A stretch of DNA of 62,648 nt, filler included. It is 8 parts of 8 records of this genome, joined end to end, with 100 filler letters (N's around TTAATTAATTAA, not from the genome) between each part and the next. Parts side by side here need not be neighbours in the genome. Positions count along the whole stretch, not along the records: positions 37,863 to 45,000 come from DRR723986_8027; positions 45,101 to 50,260 come from DRR723986_8037; 6 more parts are not named here. The stretch is one strand, 5' to 3'. A program made the position numbers and the translations under genes. Positions 38,440-49,690 of the stretch are shown here, piece by piece (positions within the stretch are counted from its first letter, which is position 1; each line of letters opens with the position of its first letter). Below the pieces are notes generated by a model. That model made no database searches, was not told the origin of the DNA, and saw nothing but the letters and a program-made list of their open reading frames with translations.

Positions 38440-39429
38440 ATGAAAAATATGCTTCTTACCGTGGCCGAAACTGCGGCCCTGATCGAAACCGGTGCCATCC
38501 TTAGCCTGGCCGCAGACCCCGATTTGCTGGCCAGCCTGCCCAAGGGCAACTGGATTGGCGGATCATCGGTGTATTTCCTGACCGATACGGGCGGTGCCAT
38601 GCTGCGCGACCGGGTGTTTTGCACCCAGTTCAGCGATGCAAGCGATGCCGATATTCAGGTGCTCAGCGCGCAAACCCTGCCCAATCTGGCCCAAGGTTAC
38701 GCGCCAAACGGCGCCACGATCGTGCTGATCCCGGCCTTTAGCCCCGCGCACGAGGAATTTGCCCTGGGCAGCCAAACCTATGCGGGGCTGTTTAACCAAC
38801 CGCTGATGGGTTGGATTGCCGGTGTGCATCTTGATGACGTGGGCCGAAAGGCTGCGCAGGTATTTAACGGGCGCACCGGGCAAAGCCACCAGGCCGAGGC
38901 GGTGGCCATGTATCTAACCCTGCCCAACACCGCGCAGGCGAGCATTGATATCGTGAATCTTTTCCAGCCCGGCGCCAGCGATAGCCCCAGTTTCCAATTT
39001 GAAACCAGCGGCTTTGGCGCCAGCACCGCAAAGGTTAATGGGCAAAGCGTGAATTTGGCCCAATATATCGAAGAGAACGCATTGGATATCCGCCTGCCCT
39101 TGGTGGCAGATTATGGTGGCGCAATGGTGAACGTGGCCATTCGCGCGGTGGATGCAACGGCGGGGCAAGTCTCGTTCTTTGCGCCCGTTGTGGCGGGTGT
39201 CACCTATCGCCAGGCCCGCCCCGTGGCGGATTATGCCGCCAGCTTTGCCCAGGAAACCCAAGGGGCCGGCGCGGGCGAATATGCCTGCAACTGCATCTTG
39301 AACTACGTCTATGGCGAGCTGGAAGGCAAAACCACAGGCGCCTTTACGGGCCCCGCCACATTTGGCGAGATCGCCTATATGCTGCTGAACCAAACTTTGG
39401 TGCGGCTCGATATCCAAAACGCGGCATAA
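38440..39429 (+). CDS. FIST-like protein (DUF6976 family)
   Basis: LPKGNWIGG..YF, PLMGWIAGVHL, PLVADY.GAM.NV, and C-terminal CNCILNY.YGELEGK...GP.TFGEIAY.LLNQT resembling the FIST_C end. Confidence 0.75.
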   Translation: MKNMLLTVAETAALIETGAILSLAADPDLLASLPKGNWIGGSSVYFLTDTGGAMLRDRVFCTQFSDASDADIQVLSAQTLPNLAQGYAPNGATIVLIPAFSPAHEEFALGSQTYAGLFNQPLMGWIAGVHLDDVGRKAAQVFNGRTGQSHQAEAVAMYLTLPNTAQASIDIVNLFQPGASDSPSFQFETSGFGASTAKVNGQSVNLAQYIEENALDIRLPLVADYGGAMVNVAIRAVDATAGQVSFFAPVVAGVTYRQARPVADYAASFAQETQGAGAGEYACNCILNYVYGELEGKTTGAFTGPATFGEIAYMLLNQTLVRLDIQNAA

Positions 39430-39491
39430 GGGGCGTTTTTTCTTGCCCAGACCGCCCCGGCCCTGCAAAGACAGGGCCGGAGGCGATACGA

Positions 39492-39824
39492 ATGAAAACC
39501 TACCTGATCTTGCTAGTGGCTGTGGCATTTGAAACCGTTGGCACCTCGGCCCTGCAGGCCAGCCAGCAATTCACCCGGTTTTGGCCATCGGTATTGGTGG
39601 TGCTGGCCTATGGCATCAGCTTTTATCTGCTTTCAACCACGCTTAAGGTGCTGCCTGTGGGCGTGGTCTATGCGCTGTGGTCGGGCTTTGGTATCGTGCT
39701 GATTGCCTTGATTGGCTATGTGGTGTTTGGCCAGGCGCTGGATTGGCCCGCAGTGCTGGGCTTGGCGTTGATATTAAGCGGCATTTTGGTGATCCATCTG
39801 TTTTCAAACGCGCGCCCGCACTAG
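39492..39824 (+). CDS. SMR family transporter (EmrE/Qac-like)
   Basis: Four TM segments, membrane Glu in AVAFETVGTSAL, PVGVVYALWSG. Confidence 0.9.
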   Translation: MKTYLILLVAVAFETVGTSALQASQQFTRFWPSVLVVLAYGISFYLLSTTLKVLPVGVVYALWSGFGIVLIALIGYVVFGQALDWPAVLGLALILSGILVIHLFSNARPH

Positions 39825-39881
39825 GGGCAAGGCGCATATTTGGGGCTGGCACTGGCGCCATGCATTGGATAGATTTTGCCC

Positions 39882-40292
39882 ATGTCTGAAACCGTTCTCA
39901 GCCGCTGTCAGGCCTTGGGCCTGCGCATGACCAAACAGCGCTGCCTGATCGCAGAGCTGTTGGATACAGCCCAAGGCCACCCCGATGTCGAGGCGCTGCA
40001 CGCCCAAGCCCAGGCGCGGGATGCGAAACTGTCGTTGGCTACGGTCTATCGCACGGTAAAACTGTTCGAAGAGGCAGGCATTTTAGACCGGCGCGAATTT
40101 GGCGATGGGCGCGCGCGCTACGAGGATGCCGAACGCGCCCATCACGACCACCTGATCGATACCACCACCGGCGAGGTGATCGAATTTTGCGACCCCGAAA
40201 TTGAAGCGCTGCAAGAGCGTATCGCGCGGCGGCTGGGCTATCGGCTGTTGGGGCACCGTCTGGAATTATATGGCCAACGCCTGAAAAACTGA
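39882..40292 (+). CDS. Fur/Mur family transcriptional regulator
   Basis: GLRMT.QR, HPDVE, SLATVYRTVKLFEEAG, HHDHLID. Confidence 0.92.
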   Translation: MSETVLSRCQALGLRMTKQRCLIAELLDTAQGHPDVEALHAQAQARDAKLSLATVYRTVKLFEEAGILDRREFGDGRARYEDAERAHHDHLIDTTTGEVIEFCDPEIEALQERIARRLGYRLLGHRLELYGQRLKN

Positions 40293-40380
40293 CATCTTGC
40301 CGCGCCCCTTGGGGCAAGCTATGGCACGGGGGGCGCCCGCCCCGTTTCAGGGGCTATTGGTCGCGCATTCAGGGGGCATT

Positions 40381-41268
40381 TTGGACAATATTCGCGGTAT
40401 CGCCTTGGTGGTTTTGTCGATGGCGGCCTTTACCATCGAGGATATGTTCATCAAATCGCTGACAACAGCGGTGCCGACCGGGCAAGTCTTGTTTTTCCTG
40501 GGCACGGGCGGGGCCATGTTTTTTGCGCTGATGGCGCGGGCCAAGGGCCACCGCCTGCTGCGCCCGTTTTTCACCATGCCCACCTTGCGCATCCGCACCT
40601 TGGGCGAGGCGGTGGCATCGGTGTTTTTCGTCACCTCCCTATCGCTGGTGCCGCTGGCCACGGTGGCGGCCGTGTTTCAGGCCCTGCCCCTGGCCGCCAC
40701 ATTGGCGGCGGCGCTTTTCATGGGCGAGCGCGTGGGCTGGCGCCGCTGGGCGGCCATTTGCGTGGGGTTTTCCGGCGTGGTCTTGATTATCCGCCCCGGC
40801 ATGGCGGGGTTTAATGCCGCCTCGCTGTTGGTGCTGGCGGCGGTGGCGGGCATCACCTTGCGCGATTTGATCTCGCGCCGCTTGCCGCGCGATCTGCCCA
40901 GCACGGTGGTGTCGTTTCACGGCTTTATGGCGCTGGTGGTTGTGGGGCCGCTGTTGGTATGGGGGCGCGGCCAAACCTTGGTGGCGCTTGATCTGCACCA
41001 AAGCCTGTTTATGGCGGCGGCCATCGGGTTTGGGGTGTTGGGCTATTATGCCATTGTGATTGCCACGCGCACCGCCGATGCCAGCGTGATCACGCCGTTT
41101 CGCTACACAAGGCTGCTGTTTTCCATCCTGATTGGCATCGCGGTTTTCAACGAGATCCCCGATGGTTTGACCTATGCGGGCGCGGCACTGATCGTGGGCA
41201 GTGGGCTATATACCTTTATGCGCGAGCGCCGTTTGGCCCGCCAATCCGCGGCAATTGGTGCCCGTTAA
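40381..41268 (+). CDS. DMT/EamA family transporter
   Basis: TTG start; GERVGWRRW.AI.VGF.GV..IIRPG, PFRYTRLLF; about 10 TM segments. Confidence 0.88.
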   Translation: MDNIRGIALVVLSMAAFTIEDMFIKSLTTAVPTGQVLFFLGTGGAMFFALMARAKGHRLLRPFFTMPTLRIRTLGEAVASVFFVTSLSLVPLATVAAVFQALPLAATLAAALFMGERVGWRRWAAICVGFSGVVLIIRPGMAGFNAASLLVLAAVAGITLRDLISRRLPRDLPSTVVSFHGFMALVVVGPLLVWGRGQTLVALDLHQSLFMAAAIGFGVLGYYAIVIATRTADASVITPFRYTRLLFSILIGIAVFNEIPDGLTYAGAALIVGSGLYTFMRERRLARQSAAIGAR

Positions 41269-41370
41269 CGCAAACGTCGCCCCACCCCCCTTTTCACCCT
41301 GCGCGCCCCTGTCTAAAAGCAGCCGCAGAGACAGCCCCGGCTGTGGCCACCCTAACCAAGGAATAGGTAG

Positions 41371-42645
<1,275 letters not shown>

Positions 42646-42662
42646 GCATTCCTGTCGCTGTG

Positions 42663-42689
42663 AAAGGCCCCGCTTTGCGGGGCTTTTTT
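42663..42689 (+). terminator. Intrinsic terminator after eno (probably bidirectional)
   Basis: aaaggccccgc-ttt-gcggggctttttt. Confidence 0.85.
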
Positions 42690-42696
42690 GCGCCCT

Positions 42697-42736
42697 TGTG
42701 CTAGTATGTGCTAGTATGTGCTAGTGTGTGCTAGTG
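42697..42736. repeat. Four tandem copies of the 10-bp unit TGTGCTAGT(A/G)
   Basis: tgtgctagta tgtgctagta tgtgctagtg tgtgctagtg; the last copy contains the usg stop codon. Confidence 0.92.
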
Positions 42737-42997
42737 GTAGCGAAATTCACCCACCTGATTTTGCCACTGCCCTGCCCCGATCATACGCCGGTGCGTAAAG
42801 CGCACCGAATGCAATGGCCCTTCGATCTTTTCCTGCCAAAATTCGATAAACTTGAACAGGCGCGGGTGATCTGGGGCGATATCGTATTCTTGCCAGATAA
42901 AACTGTTTAGCACATGCACATGATCTGGCATGTGGTAGAAAAATTCGGCCGTTGTCAGGCCGTAGCCCTTTAGCATCAGCTTGGTTTCTTCATGCAT
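42731..42997 (-). CDS. usg: Usg family protein
   Basis: GYGLTTAEFFYHMPDH...FIWQEYDIAPD.P.L.KF.EFW..KIEGPLHSV. Confidence 0.9.
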   Translation of the reverse strand: MHEETKLMLKGYGLTTAEFFYHMPDHVHVLNSFIWQEYDIAPDHPRLFKFIEFWQEKIEGPLHSVRFTHRRMIGAGQWQNQVGEFRYH

Positions 42998-43070
42998 GTT
43001 TTTTCCCCAATTTGGAAAGCCCTGCAGAAATAGTGCCATAAGGAAATTACTTTTCAATAAAAACAGTGTG

Positions 43071-43097
43071 TTAGCAGCATATACCCCTGGCTGCCAA
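43071..43097. promoter_or_regulatory. Degenerate CIRCE-like (HrcA) inverted repeat upstream of usg
   Basis: TTAGCAG-N13-CTGCCAA has the same 27-bp geometry as TTAGCAC-N13-GTGCTAA. Confidence 0.5.
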
Positions 43098-43191
43098 TAG
43101 CATGGGCACCCACCCATTGCACCCTATATGATGGCTCTGATATAGTCGGGCCAACAATATCTAGACCGCGAGCACAGGACGGGCAGAGAAC

Positions 43192-45000
43192 GTGAACGAC
43201 ACGCCAGAAACCCCTGAAAACGAAGAAGAAAACACAATCAGCCGTTCTGCTTATGATGGCCCGGCCGTATCCATTACAGACGAGCTGAAATCCTCGTATC
43301 TTGATTACGCGATGTCGGTGATTGTCAGCCGCGCCATCCCTGATCTGCGCGATGGGTTAAAGCCGGTGCATCGCCGCATTCTGTATGCGATGCACGAAAG
43401 CGGCAATACGCATGACAAATCTTACCGCAAATCCGCCCGTCCTGTGGGGGATGTCATGGGTAAATACCACCCCCATGGCGATAGCGCGATTTACGACGCG
43501 CTGGTGCGGATGGCCCAAGATTTTTCGATGTCGCTGCCCTTGCTGGATGGGCAGGGCAACTTTGGCTCGATGGATGGCGACAGCCCTGCCGCCATGCGCT
43601 ATACCGAAGTGCGCATGGACAAACCTGCCGCGGCCCTGCTGGCCGATATCGAAAAAGACACGGTTAACTTTCAAGACAATTACGACGGCAAAGATCGCGA
43701 ACCCACGGTTCTGCCGGCGCGCTTTCCCAATATGTTGGTCAATGGTGCGGGCGGTATTGCCGTGGGCATGGCCACCAACATTCCGCCCCATAACCTGGGC
43801 GAGGTGATCGATGCCACATTGGCGCTGATCGAGGCGCCCGATCTTAGCTCGGAACAGCTGATTGCCTATGTGCCTGGCCCCGATTTTCCCACAGGTGGCA
43901 TCATGCTGGGCCGCTCGGGCGCGCGCAAAGCCTATCTCGAGGGGCGCGGCAGCGTCATTTTGCGCGCCCGCACCCATGTAGAAGAGCTGCGCCGCGATCG
44001 CTATGCCATTATTATTTCGGAAATTCCCTATCAGGTGAACAAGGCCACCATGATAGAAAAGATCGCCGCCGAAGTGCGCGAAAAGCGCATCGAGGGCATC
44101 GCCCATGTGCAAGACGAATCCGATCGTAACGGCGTGCGCGTGGTGATCGAGCTGAAACGCGATGCCACGCCCGATGTGGTGCTGAACCAGCTGTACCGCT
44201 TTACGCCCATGCAAACCTCGTTTGGGTGCAACATGCTGGCGCTGAACGGTGGCAAGCCCGAAACGCTAACCTTGCGTGGCTTTTTGACAGCCTTCATTGG
44301 CTTTCGCGAAGAGGTGGTGGCGCGCCGCACGGCCTATGATCTGCGCCGCGCGCGCGAGCGCAGCCATGTGCTGTGTGGCTTGGCGGTGGCTGTATCAAAT
44401 GTCGACGAGGTGGTTGCCACCATCCGGGCCTCGGCCGATGCGGCAGAGGCGCGCGAAAAGCTGATGACGCGCCGCTGGCCTGCAGCGGAAATTGCCCCCT
44501 TCATCCGGTTGATCGATGATCCGACCCATACGATGAACGACGATGGCACCTATAACCTGTCTGAAATTCAGGCCCGCGCCATTTTGGATCTGCGCCTGCA
44601 GCGCCTGACCCAACTGGGCGTGAAAGAGGTGACAGACGAGCTGGAAGAACTGGCTGCCAAGATCAAGGAATACCTGGAAATTCTGGCCTCGCGCGAGCGG
44701 ATCATGGGCATCATCAGCGCCGAGCTGCAAGAGGTCAAAGACCAGTTTGCCGTGCCGCGCCGCACCGAGATTGTCGATTGGTCCGGCGATATGGACGATG
44801 AAGACCTGATCGAGCGCGAAGACATGGTGGTGACGATCACCCAAACGGGCTATATCAAACGCACGCCCTTGGGTGATTTCCGCGCCCAACGCCGCGGCGG
44901 CAAGGGCCTGTCGGGGATGCAAACCAAAGACGACGACGTTGTGACCAACCTGTTTGTGGCCAATACCCACACGCAGCTGTTGTTCTTCACCACCGATGGC
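43192..45000 (+). CDS. gyrA: DNA gyrase subunit A (3' truncated)
   Basis: [46 protein letters not shown], and GyrA-box QRRGGKG. Confidence 0.97.
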
Positions 45001-45100
45001 NNNNNNNNNNNNNNNNNNNNNNNNNNNNNNNNNNNNNNNNNNNNTTAATTAATTAANNNNNNNNNNNNNNNNNNNNNNNNNNNNNNNNNNNNNNNNNNNN
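45001..45100. other. Artificial contig spacer
   Basis: N44-TTAATTAATTAA-N44. Confidence 0.98.
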
Positions 45101-45130
45101 GGGAGTGCTCTACCTCTGAGCTACAGCAGC
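45101..45130 (-). tRNA. tRNA-Thr 5' fragment (truncated)
   Basis: Reverse complement GCTGCTGTAGCTCAGAGGTAGAGCACTCCC, divergent from murA. The anticodon is not visible. Confidence 0.75.
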
Positions 45131-45142
45131 GCCGTGAGGGGG

Positions 45143-45171
45143 GATTTAGACTCAAACGAAACAGGGCGCAA
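45143..45171 (-). promoter_or_regulatory. Candidate promoter for the tRNA
   Basis: Minus strand TTGCGC-17 nt-TAAATC, about 12 nt upstream of the tRNA. Confidence 0.4.
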
Positions 45172-45214
45172 GGGGTATCTAGACGCTTTTTTTCCGCTCC
45201 TGTAGAGAGTGTGT

Positions 45215-45370
45215 ATGGCAGAGCAAAAAACACCCAAAAAGCCCGGAAAGTCCAACGCAGCACGCGAGGATCGGTTAAAGGCAGCCCTTAAAGCGAATCT
45301 TGGCCGCCGTAAGACGCAGGCCAAAGCACGGGCGGATGATGTGGTGCAAAACGATAAAAGTAAGGGGTAA
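45215..45370 (+). CDS. Small basic protein (51 aa) upstream of murA
   Basis: [51 protein letters not shown]; ends 5 nt before murA; below the ORF-track cutoff. Confidence 0.7.
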   Translation: MAEQKTPKKPGKSNAAREDRLKAALKANLGRRKTQAKARADDVVQNDKSKG

Positions 45371-45375
45371 GGCAG

Positions 45376-46644
45376 ATGGATTCGATTCTTGTAACAGGCG
45401 GCGGCCCGCTAAATGGCCAAATTCCAATTGCAGGTGCAAAAAATGCCTGTTTGACCCTGATGCCAGCCACGCTGCTCAGTGATGAACCGCTGACGTTGAC
45501 CAATGCGCCGCGTCTGTCAGATATCGCCACCATGACGACGCTGCTGCAATCGCTGGGCGCCGAAGTGTCCAGCCTGCAGGGCGGACAGGTGCTGGCGATG
45601 TCCAGCCATGATCTGAACAACCTGACAGCGGACTATGACATCGTGCGCAAAATGCGTGCTTCTATTCTGGTGCTGGGCCCGATGCTGGCGCGGGCAGGGC
45701 AGGCGGTTGTATCGCTGCCCGGTGGCTGTGCCATTGGTGCGCGCCCGGTTGATCTGCATCTCAAAGCGCTCGAAGCGTTGGGTGCCGAGATGGAGCTGAA
45801 AGACGGCTATGTCCACGCCAAAGCCCCCGGCGGGCTGAAGGGCGGTGTGGTGGATTTCCCCATCGTTTCGGTTGGGGCCACGGAAAACGTGCTGATGGCA
45901 GCGACGCTGGCCAAAGGCACAACCGTGATTAACAATGCCGCGCGCGAACCTGAAATCGTCGATCTGGCCCATTGCCTGCAAAAGATGGGCGCCCAGATCA
46001 GCGGCGAAGGCACATCAACCATCACCGTTCAGGGCGTGGATCGCCTGCACGGCGCAACACACCCGGTTGTCACTGACCGGATCGAATTGGGCACCTATAT
46101 GCTCGCCCCGGTGATCTGCGGTGGCGAAGTCGAATTGCTCGGCGGGCGTCTCGACCTTGTTGGCGCCTTTGTTGAAAAGCTGGACCAGTGCGGCGTTGAT
46201 GTGACGGAAACCAAGTCCGGCCTGCTCGTGAAACGGCGCGGCGACCGGGTGCAGGCGGTGGATGTGGTCACCGAACCATTCCCCGGTTTCCCAACCGATC
46301 TGCAGGCGCAGATGATGGCGTTGTTGTGCACTGCCGAAGGCACCAGCGTGCTGGAAGAAAAGATTTTCGAAAACCGGTTCATGCATGCGCCAGAATTGAT
46401 CCGCATGGGGGCCAACATCGAGGTGCACGGCGGCACTGCCACCGTCACAGGTGTTGATCGGCTCAAAGGTGCGCCCGTGATGGCCACCGATCTGCGCGCC
46501 TCGGTATCGCTCATTCTGGCGGGGCTCGCCGCCGAGGGTGAAACCCGCGTTAGCCGGGTCTATCATCTGGATCGCGGCTATGAACGTGTGGTGTCCAAGC
46601 TAGAAGCCGTCGGCGCAAAAATCGAAAGGATCTCGGGTCAATGA
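45376..46644 (+). CDS. murA: UDP-N-acetylglucosamine 1-carboxyvinyltransferase
   Basis: [47 protein letters not shown]. Confidence 0.98.
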   Translation: MDSILVTGGGPLNGQIPIAGAKNACLTLMPATLLSDEPLTLTNAPRLSDIATMTTLLQSLGAEVSSLQGGQVLAMSSHDLNNLTADYDIVRKMRASILVLGPMLARAGQAVVSLPGGCAIGARPVDLHLKALEALGAEMELKDGYVHAKAPGGLKGGVVDFPIVSVGATENVLMAATLAKGTTVINNAAREPEIVDLAHCLQKMGAQISGEGTSTITVQGVDRLHGATHPVVTDRIELGTYMLAPVICGGEVELLGGRLDLVGAFVEKLDQCGVDVTETKSGLLVKRRGDRVQAVDVVTEPFPGFPTDLQAQMMALLCTAEGTSVLEEKIFENRFMHAPELIRMGANIEVHGGTATVTGVDRLKGAPVMATDLRASVSLILAGLAAEGETRVSRVYHLDRGYERVVSKLEAVGAKIERISGQ

Positions 46645-47117
46645 CAGACGCATCATTCCACGAAGGCGGCGAAGCGCCGCTGAACCTCGGGGCCGAGGGC
46701 GTCGATGACCTGCAAGTGATTTCGACACTCACCCAGGACGCGGTGTTTCCGATTACTGAAATGTCCTGGCGCGCGTCCGAGCGCCGCTTTGCCTTGTTGC
46801 TCAACCGCTTCCGCTGGGAAGACAAAGAGGCCGCAAGCCAACGTGACCGCCCCTTTGAGCGGGTGCAATCCCTGCTGGTGATCGACAATGTGCAGGGCGT
46901 CTCTAGTCAGGGCGTGGATCGCTCGGACAAGGACGTTATCCTTTCGATCTTGTCGGTTGATTTTGAAACCGGCGAAGATGGCGCCGGGCAAATTCTGCTG
47001 ACATTGGCAGGCGACGGAGCTTTGCGCCTGACCGTCGAAGCCATCGGCGTCTCGCTGCGTGATGTGACACGCCCTTATAAGGCGCCATCGGGTCAAGCCC
47101 CGCACCACGAAGATTAA
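46641..47117 (+). CDS. DUF2948 family protein
   Basis: [38 protein letters not shown]...LRDVTRPY. Confidence 0.88.
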   Translation: MTDASFHEGGEAPLNLGAEGVDDLQVISTLTQDAVFPITEMSWRASERRFALLLNRFRWEDKEAASQRDRPFERVQSLLVIDNVQGVSSQGVDRSDKDVILSILSVDFETGEDGAGQILLTLAGDGALRLTVEAIGVSLRDVTRPYKAPSGQAPHHED

Positions 47118-47159
47118 CACCAAGCAAATCGCCTTGTTGGGGCAAAGGACGGGCAGGCC

Positions 47160-47669
47160 ATGCAAAACAAACGCGGTATTGCACAGGCCTTTGCCCACCC
47201 CAAAACCGGTTTGGCGCTGCGCCCGGCCACGGTGTTTGATGTTTTTGACCTCAGCACTATCTTAAGCAGCTCAATCCGGCATCTCTGCGGTGCGGATCAT
47301 AACAATGATCCGCAGATCATCGCAGACTGGACCGCGAATAAATCGCCTGAGTCGCTGCGTCGCTGGCTGGCAGGGGATCACACGTTTTGGCTGGCCACTC
47401 TGAATGGCGCTGCGGCAGGCGTGGGGGCGGTGTCCCCGACTGCGGACATTTCGCTGCTCTACGTCAGCCCACAGGCTGTGGGGCAGGGGGCCGGCGCAGC
47501 GCTCTTGGTACAGCTCGAAGCCACCGCACAGAACGCGGGCCATCGAACCGCCTTTTTGTCCAGCACCGCAACCGCTCAGGGGTTTTATGCCAAACACGGG
47601 TGGGTCTCCGTTGGACCGGCCAACCCCGGCCCCTTAGGCCCATCTTACCCAATGCAAAAAAACATCTAG
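47160..47669 (+). CDS. GNAT family acetyltransferase (start uncertain)
   Basis: LRPAT..D, SIRHLC..DH.ND, LLYVSP...GQGAG..LL..LE, STATAQGFY.KHGW. Confidence 0.8.
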   Translation: MQNKRGIAQAFAHPKTGLALRPATVFDVFDLSTILSSSIRHLCGADHNNDPQIIADWTANKSPESLRRWLAGDHTFWLATLNGAAAGVGAVSPTADISLLYVSPQAVGQGAGAALLVQLEATAQNAGHRTAFLSSTATAQGFYAKHGWVSVGPANPGPLGPSYPMQKNI

Positions 47670-47738
47670 ACCGTCGCGACGGAACCCAACAACTGCCGCG
47701 TATTACTGTGACAGATTTCAATGATACTGGATTTTGAT

Positions 47739-48242
47739 ATGCGTTTTCTGCTTTCCTCTCTCGCCCTGCTGTCCCTATTGCTGTCAGGCGCTATTTTTGG
47801 TTTTTTCTATGCATGGATCTGCTCCACCATGTGGGGGCTGGACCAAGCTGACCCCAATGTTGCGGTTCAGGCGATGCAGGCCATGAACGCCAGCGTCCGC
47901 AATGGCGTTTTTGCTCCGGCCTTTTTCGGCACGCCCTTTGTTTTGCTGCTTACCGCCTTTGTCGCCTATCGCGCCCAACGGACACAGGCGGCACTGTGCT
48001 TTGGTCTTGGTGGGCTAATCTATCTCTTTGGCGGGATGATCCTGACCATGGCCGTCAATGTTCCAATGAATGAGGCCTTGGCTCTGGTGGAAACACCCCT
48101 GACCCCTGAACAGGCGCAACAGATCTGGTCCGACTATTCCAGCCCTTGGCAGGTCTGGAACCAGATCCGCACCGGATTTTCCGGTTTGACCCTGCTTTTG
48201 ACGGGCCTCGGCCTGCTCGCATTGCCGCAGCGCGCAGCATAA
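47739..48242 (+). CDS. DUF1772 / anthrone oxygenase family membrane protein
   Basis: GFFYAW.CS.MWGL, AMQAMNASVRN..FAPAFFG, T.AVNVPMN..LA, W..WN..RT. Confidence 0.85.
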   Translation: MRFLLSSLALLSLLLSGAIFGFFYAWICSTMWGLDQADPNVAVQAMQAMNASVRNGVFAPAFFGTPFVLLLTAFVAYRAQRTQAALCFGLGGLIYLFGGMILTMAVNVPMNEALALVETPLTPEQAQQIWSDYSSPWQVWNQIRTGFSGLTLLLTGLGLLALPQRAA

Positions 48243-48304
48243 CACGGCATAAATCTTGAGGCTCTCCTCTGCTCCGGTTATGGGGAGGGCCAAAGGAGAG
48301 CCGC

Positions 48305-49606
48305 ATGCCCCAGTTTCTGGACACCACGTCGCCCGATTTCGAAGCCGCCTTTACCGCTCTGCTGTCTGCCAAACGCGAAGACAGCCCCGACGTAGATGCA
48401 ATTGTTGCCGAGATTATTGCCGATGTGCGCCATCGGGGCGATGCAGCGGTGATTGAGCTGACGTCGAAATTCGACCGGCTTGACCTGACGCCAGAGACGC
48501 TGGCCTTTACGCCCGAGGAAATCGAACAGGCTGCCGCGCAAGTCTCAACCGAAGATCGCGCCGCGCTTGAATTGGCCGCCGCGCGTATCCGCGCCTATCA
48601 CGCGCGTCAAATGCCCCAAGATGATCAGTGGACCGATGAAAGCGGGGCTACATTGGGCTGGCGCTGGTCGGCTGTGTCTGCTGCGGGGCTGTATGTGCCC
48701 GGCGGACTGGCTTCTTATCCATCCTCGGTGTTGATGAATGCCATCCCCGCCAAAGTGGCCGGGGTGGGTCGTCTGGCCATCGCCGTTCCCACCCCCGATG
48801 GTGTTGTGAACCCGCTGGTCTTGCTGGCAGCGCAAATCTCAGGCGTGGACGAAGTTTACCGCATTGGCGGTGCGCAAGCGATTGCTGCACTGGCCTATGG
48901 CACAGACAGCATCGCACCGGTCGACAAAATCACCGGCCCCGGCAATGCCTTTGTGGCGGCTGCCAAGCGCCGGGTATTCGGCAAGGTGGGCATCGACATG
49001 ATCGCTGGCCCCTCTGAAATTCTGGTGATCGCGGACAAAGACAACGATCCCGACTGGATCGCGCTGGACCTGCTCAGCCAGGCTGAACACGACGAAAGCG
49101 CGCAATCGATCCTCATCACCGACGACGCCGCGTTTGGCCGCGCTGTTGCGCAGGCCGTCGAGCAACGTCTCACCACCCTGCAACGCCGCGCCATCGCCGG
49201 TCCGAGCTGGCGCGATTTTGGCGCCGTCATCACGGTCCGTGATCTGGCTGAGGCCGCGCATCTATCCAACCGTATTGCGCCGGAACACCTAGAGCTCTGC
49301 GTGGCCGATCCGGTGGCATTGAGCGAGAAAACCATCCACGCCGGGGCCATCTTCATCGGCAGCTACACCCCCGAAGCCATTGGCGATTATGTCGGCGGTC
49401 CCAACCACGTCCTGCCCACAGCCCGTTCGGCGCGGTTCTCGTCTGGCCTGTCGGTGATGGACTTCCTCAAACGCACCACGCTCAGCCAGATGACTCCTGA
49501 CGCCCTGCGCGCCATCGGTCCCTCAGCAGAACGGCTCGCCCAATCCGAAAGCCTCGAGGCACACGGCTTGTCCGTGCGCGTGCGACTGGATGCGCTCAAC
49601 CGCTGA
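48305..49606 (+). CDS. hisD: Histidinol dehydrogenase
   Basis: GLYVPGG, GGAQAIAALAYGT, KITGPGN, DMIAGPSE, SQAEHD, APEHLE, GPNHVLPT. Confidence 0.97.
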   Translation: MPQFLDTTSPDFEAAFTALLSAKREDSPDVDAIVAEIIADVRHRGDAAVIELTSKFDRLDLTPETLAFTPEEIEQAAAQVSTEDRAALELAAARIRAYHARQMPQDDQWTDESGATLGWRWSAVSAAGLYVPGGLASYPSSVLMNAIPAKVAGVGRLAIAVPTPDGVVNPLVLLAAQISGVDEVYRIGGAQAIAALAYGTDSIAPVDKITGPGNAFVAAAKRRVFGKVGIDMIAGPSEILVIADKDNDPDWIALDLLSQAEHDESAQSILITDDAAFGRAVAQAVEQRLTTLQRRAIAGPSWRDFGAVITVRDLAEAAHLSNRIAPEHLELCVADPVALSEKTIHAGAIFIGSYTPEAIGDYVGGPNHVLPTARSARFSSGLSVMDFLKRTTLSQMTPDALRAIGPSAERLAQSESLEAHGLSVRVRLDALNR

Positions 49607-49690
49607 ACCAACCATACAACAGGTCGTTGCCCCCTGTGATGTGGTGTTGTAGGTCTTGGTCGAAACATTTCTGGCCAAGGCCCACATCCG

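Noticed and set aside
39457-39491. Hairpin upstream of the SMR gene as a guanidine riboswitch
   Set aside because: The ccggccctg-caaaga-cagggccgg stem does overlap the GGAGG RBS, but it lacks twin ACGR loops or other ykkC-class features, and the protein looks EmrE/Qac-like rather than Gdx-like.
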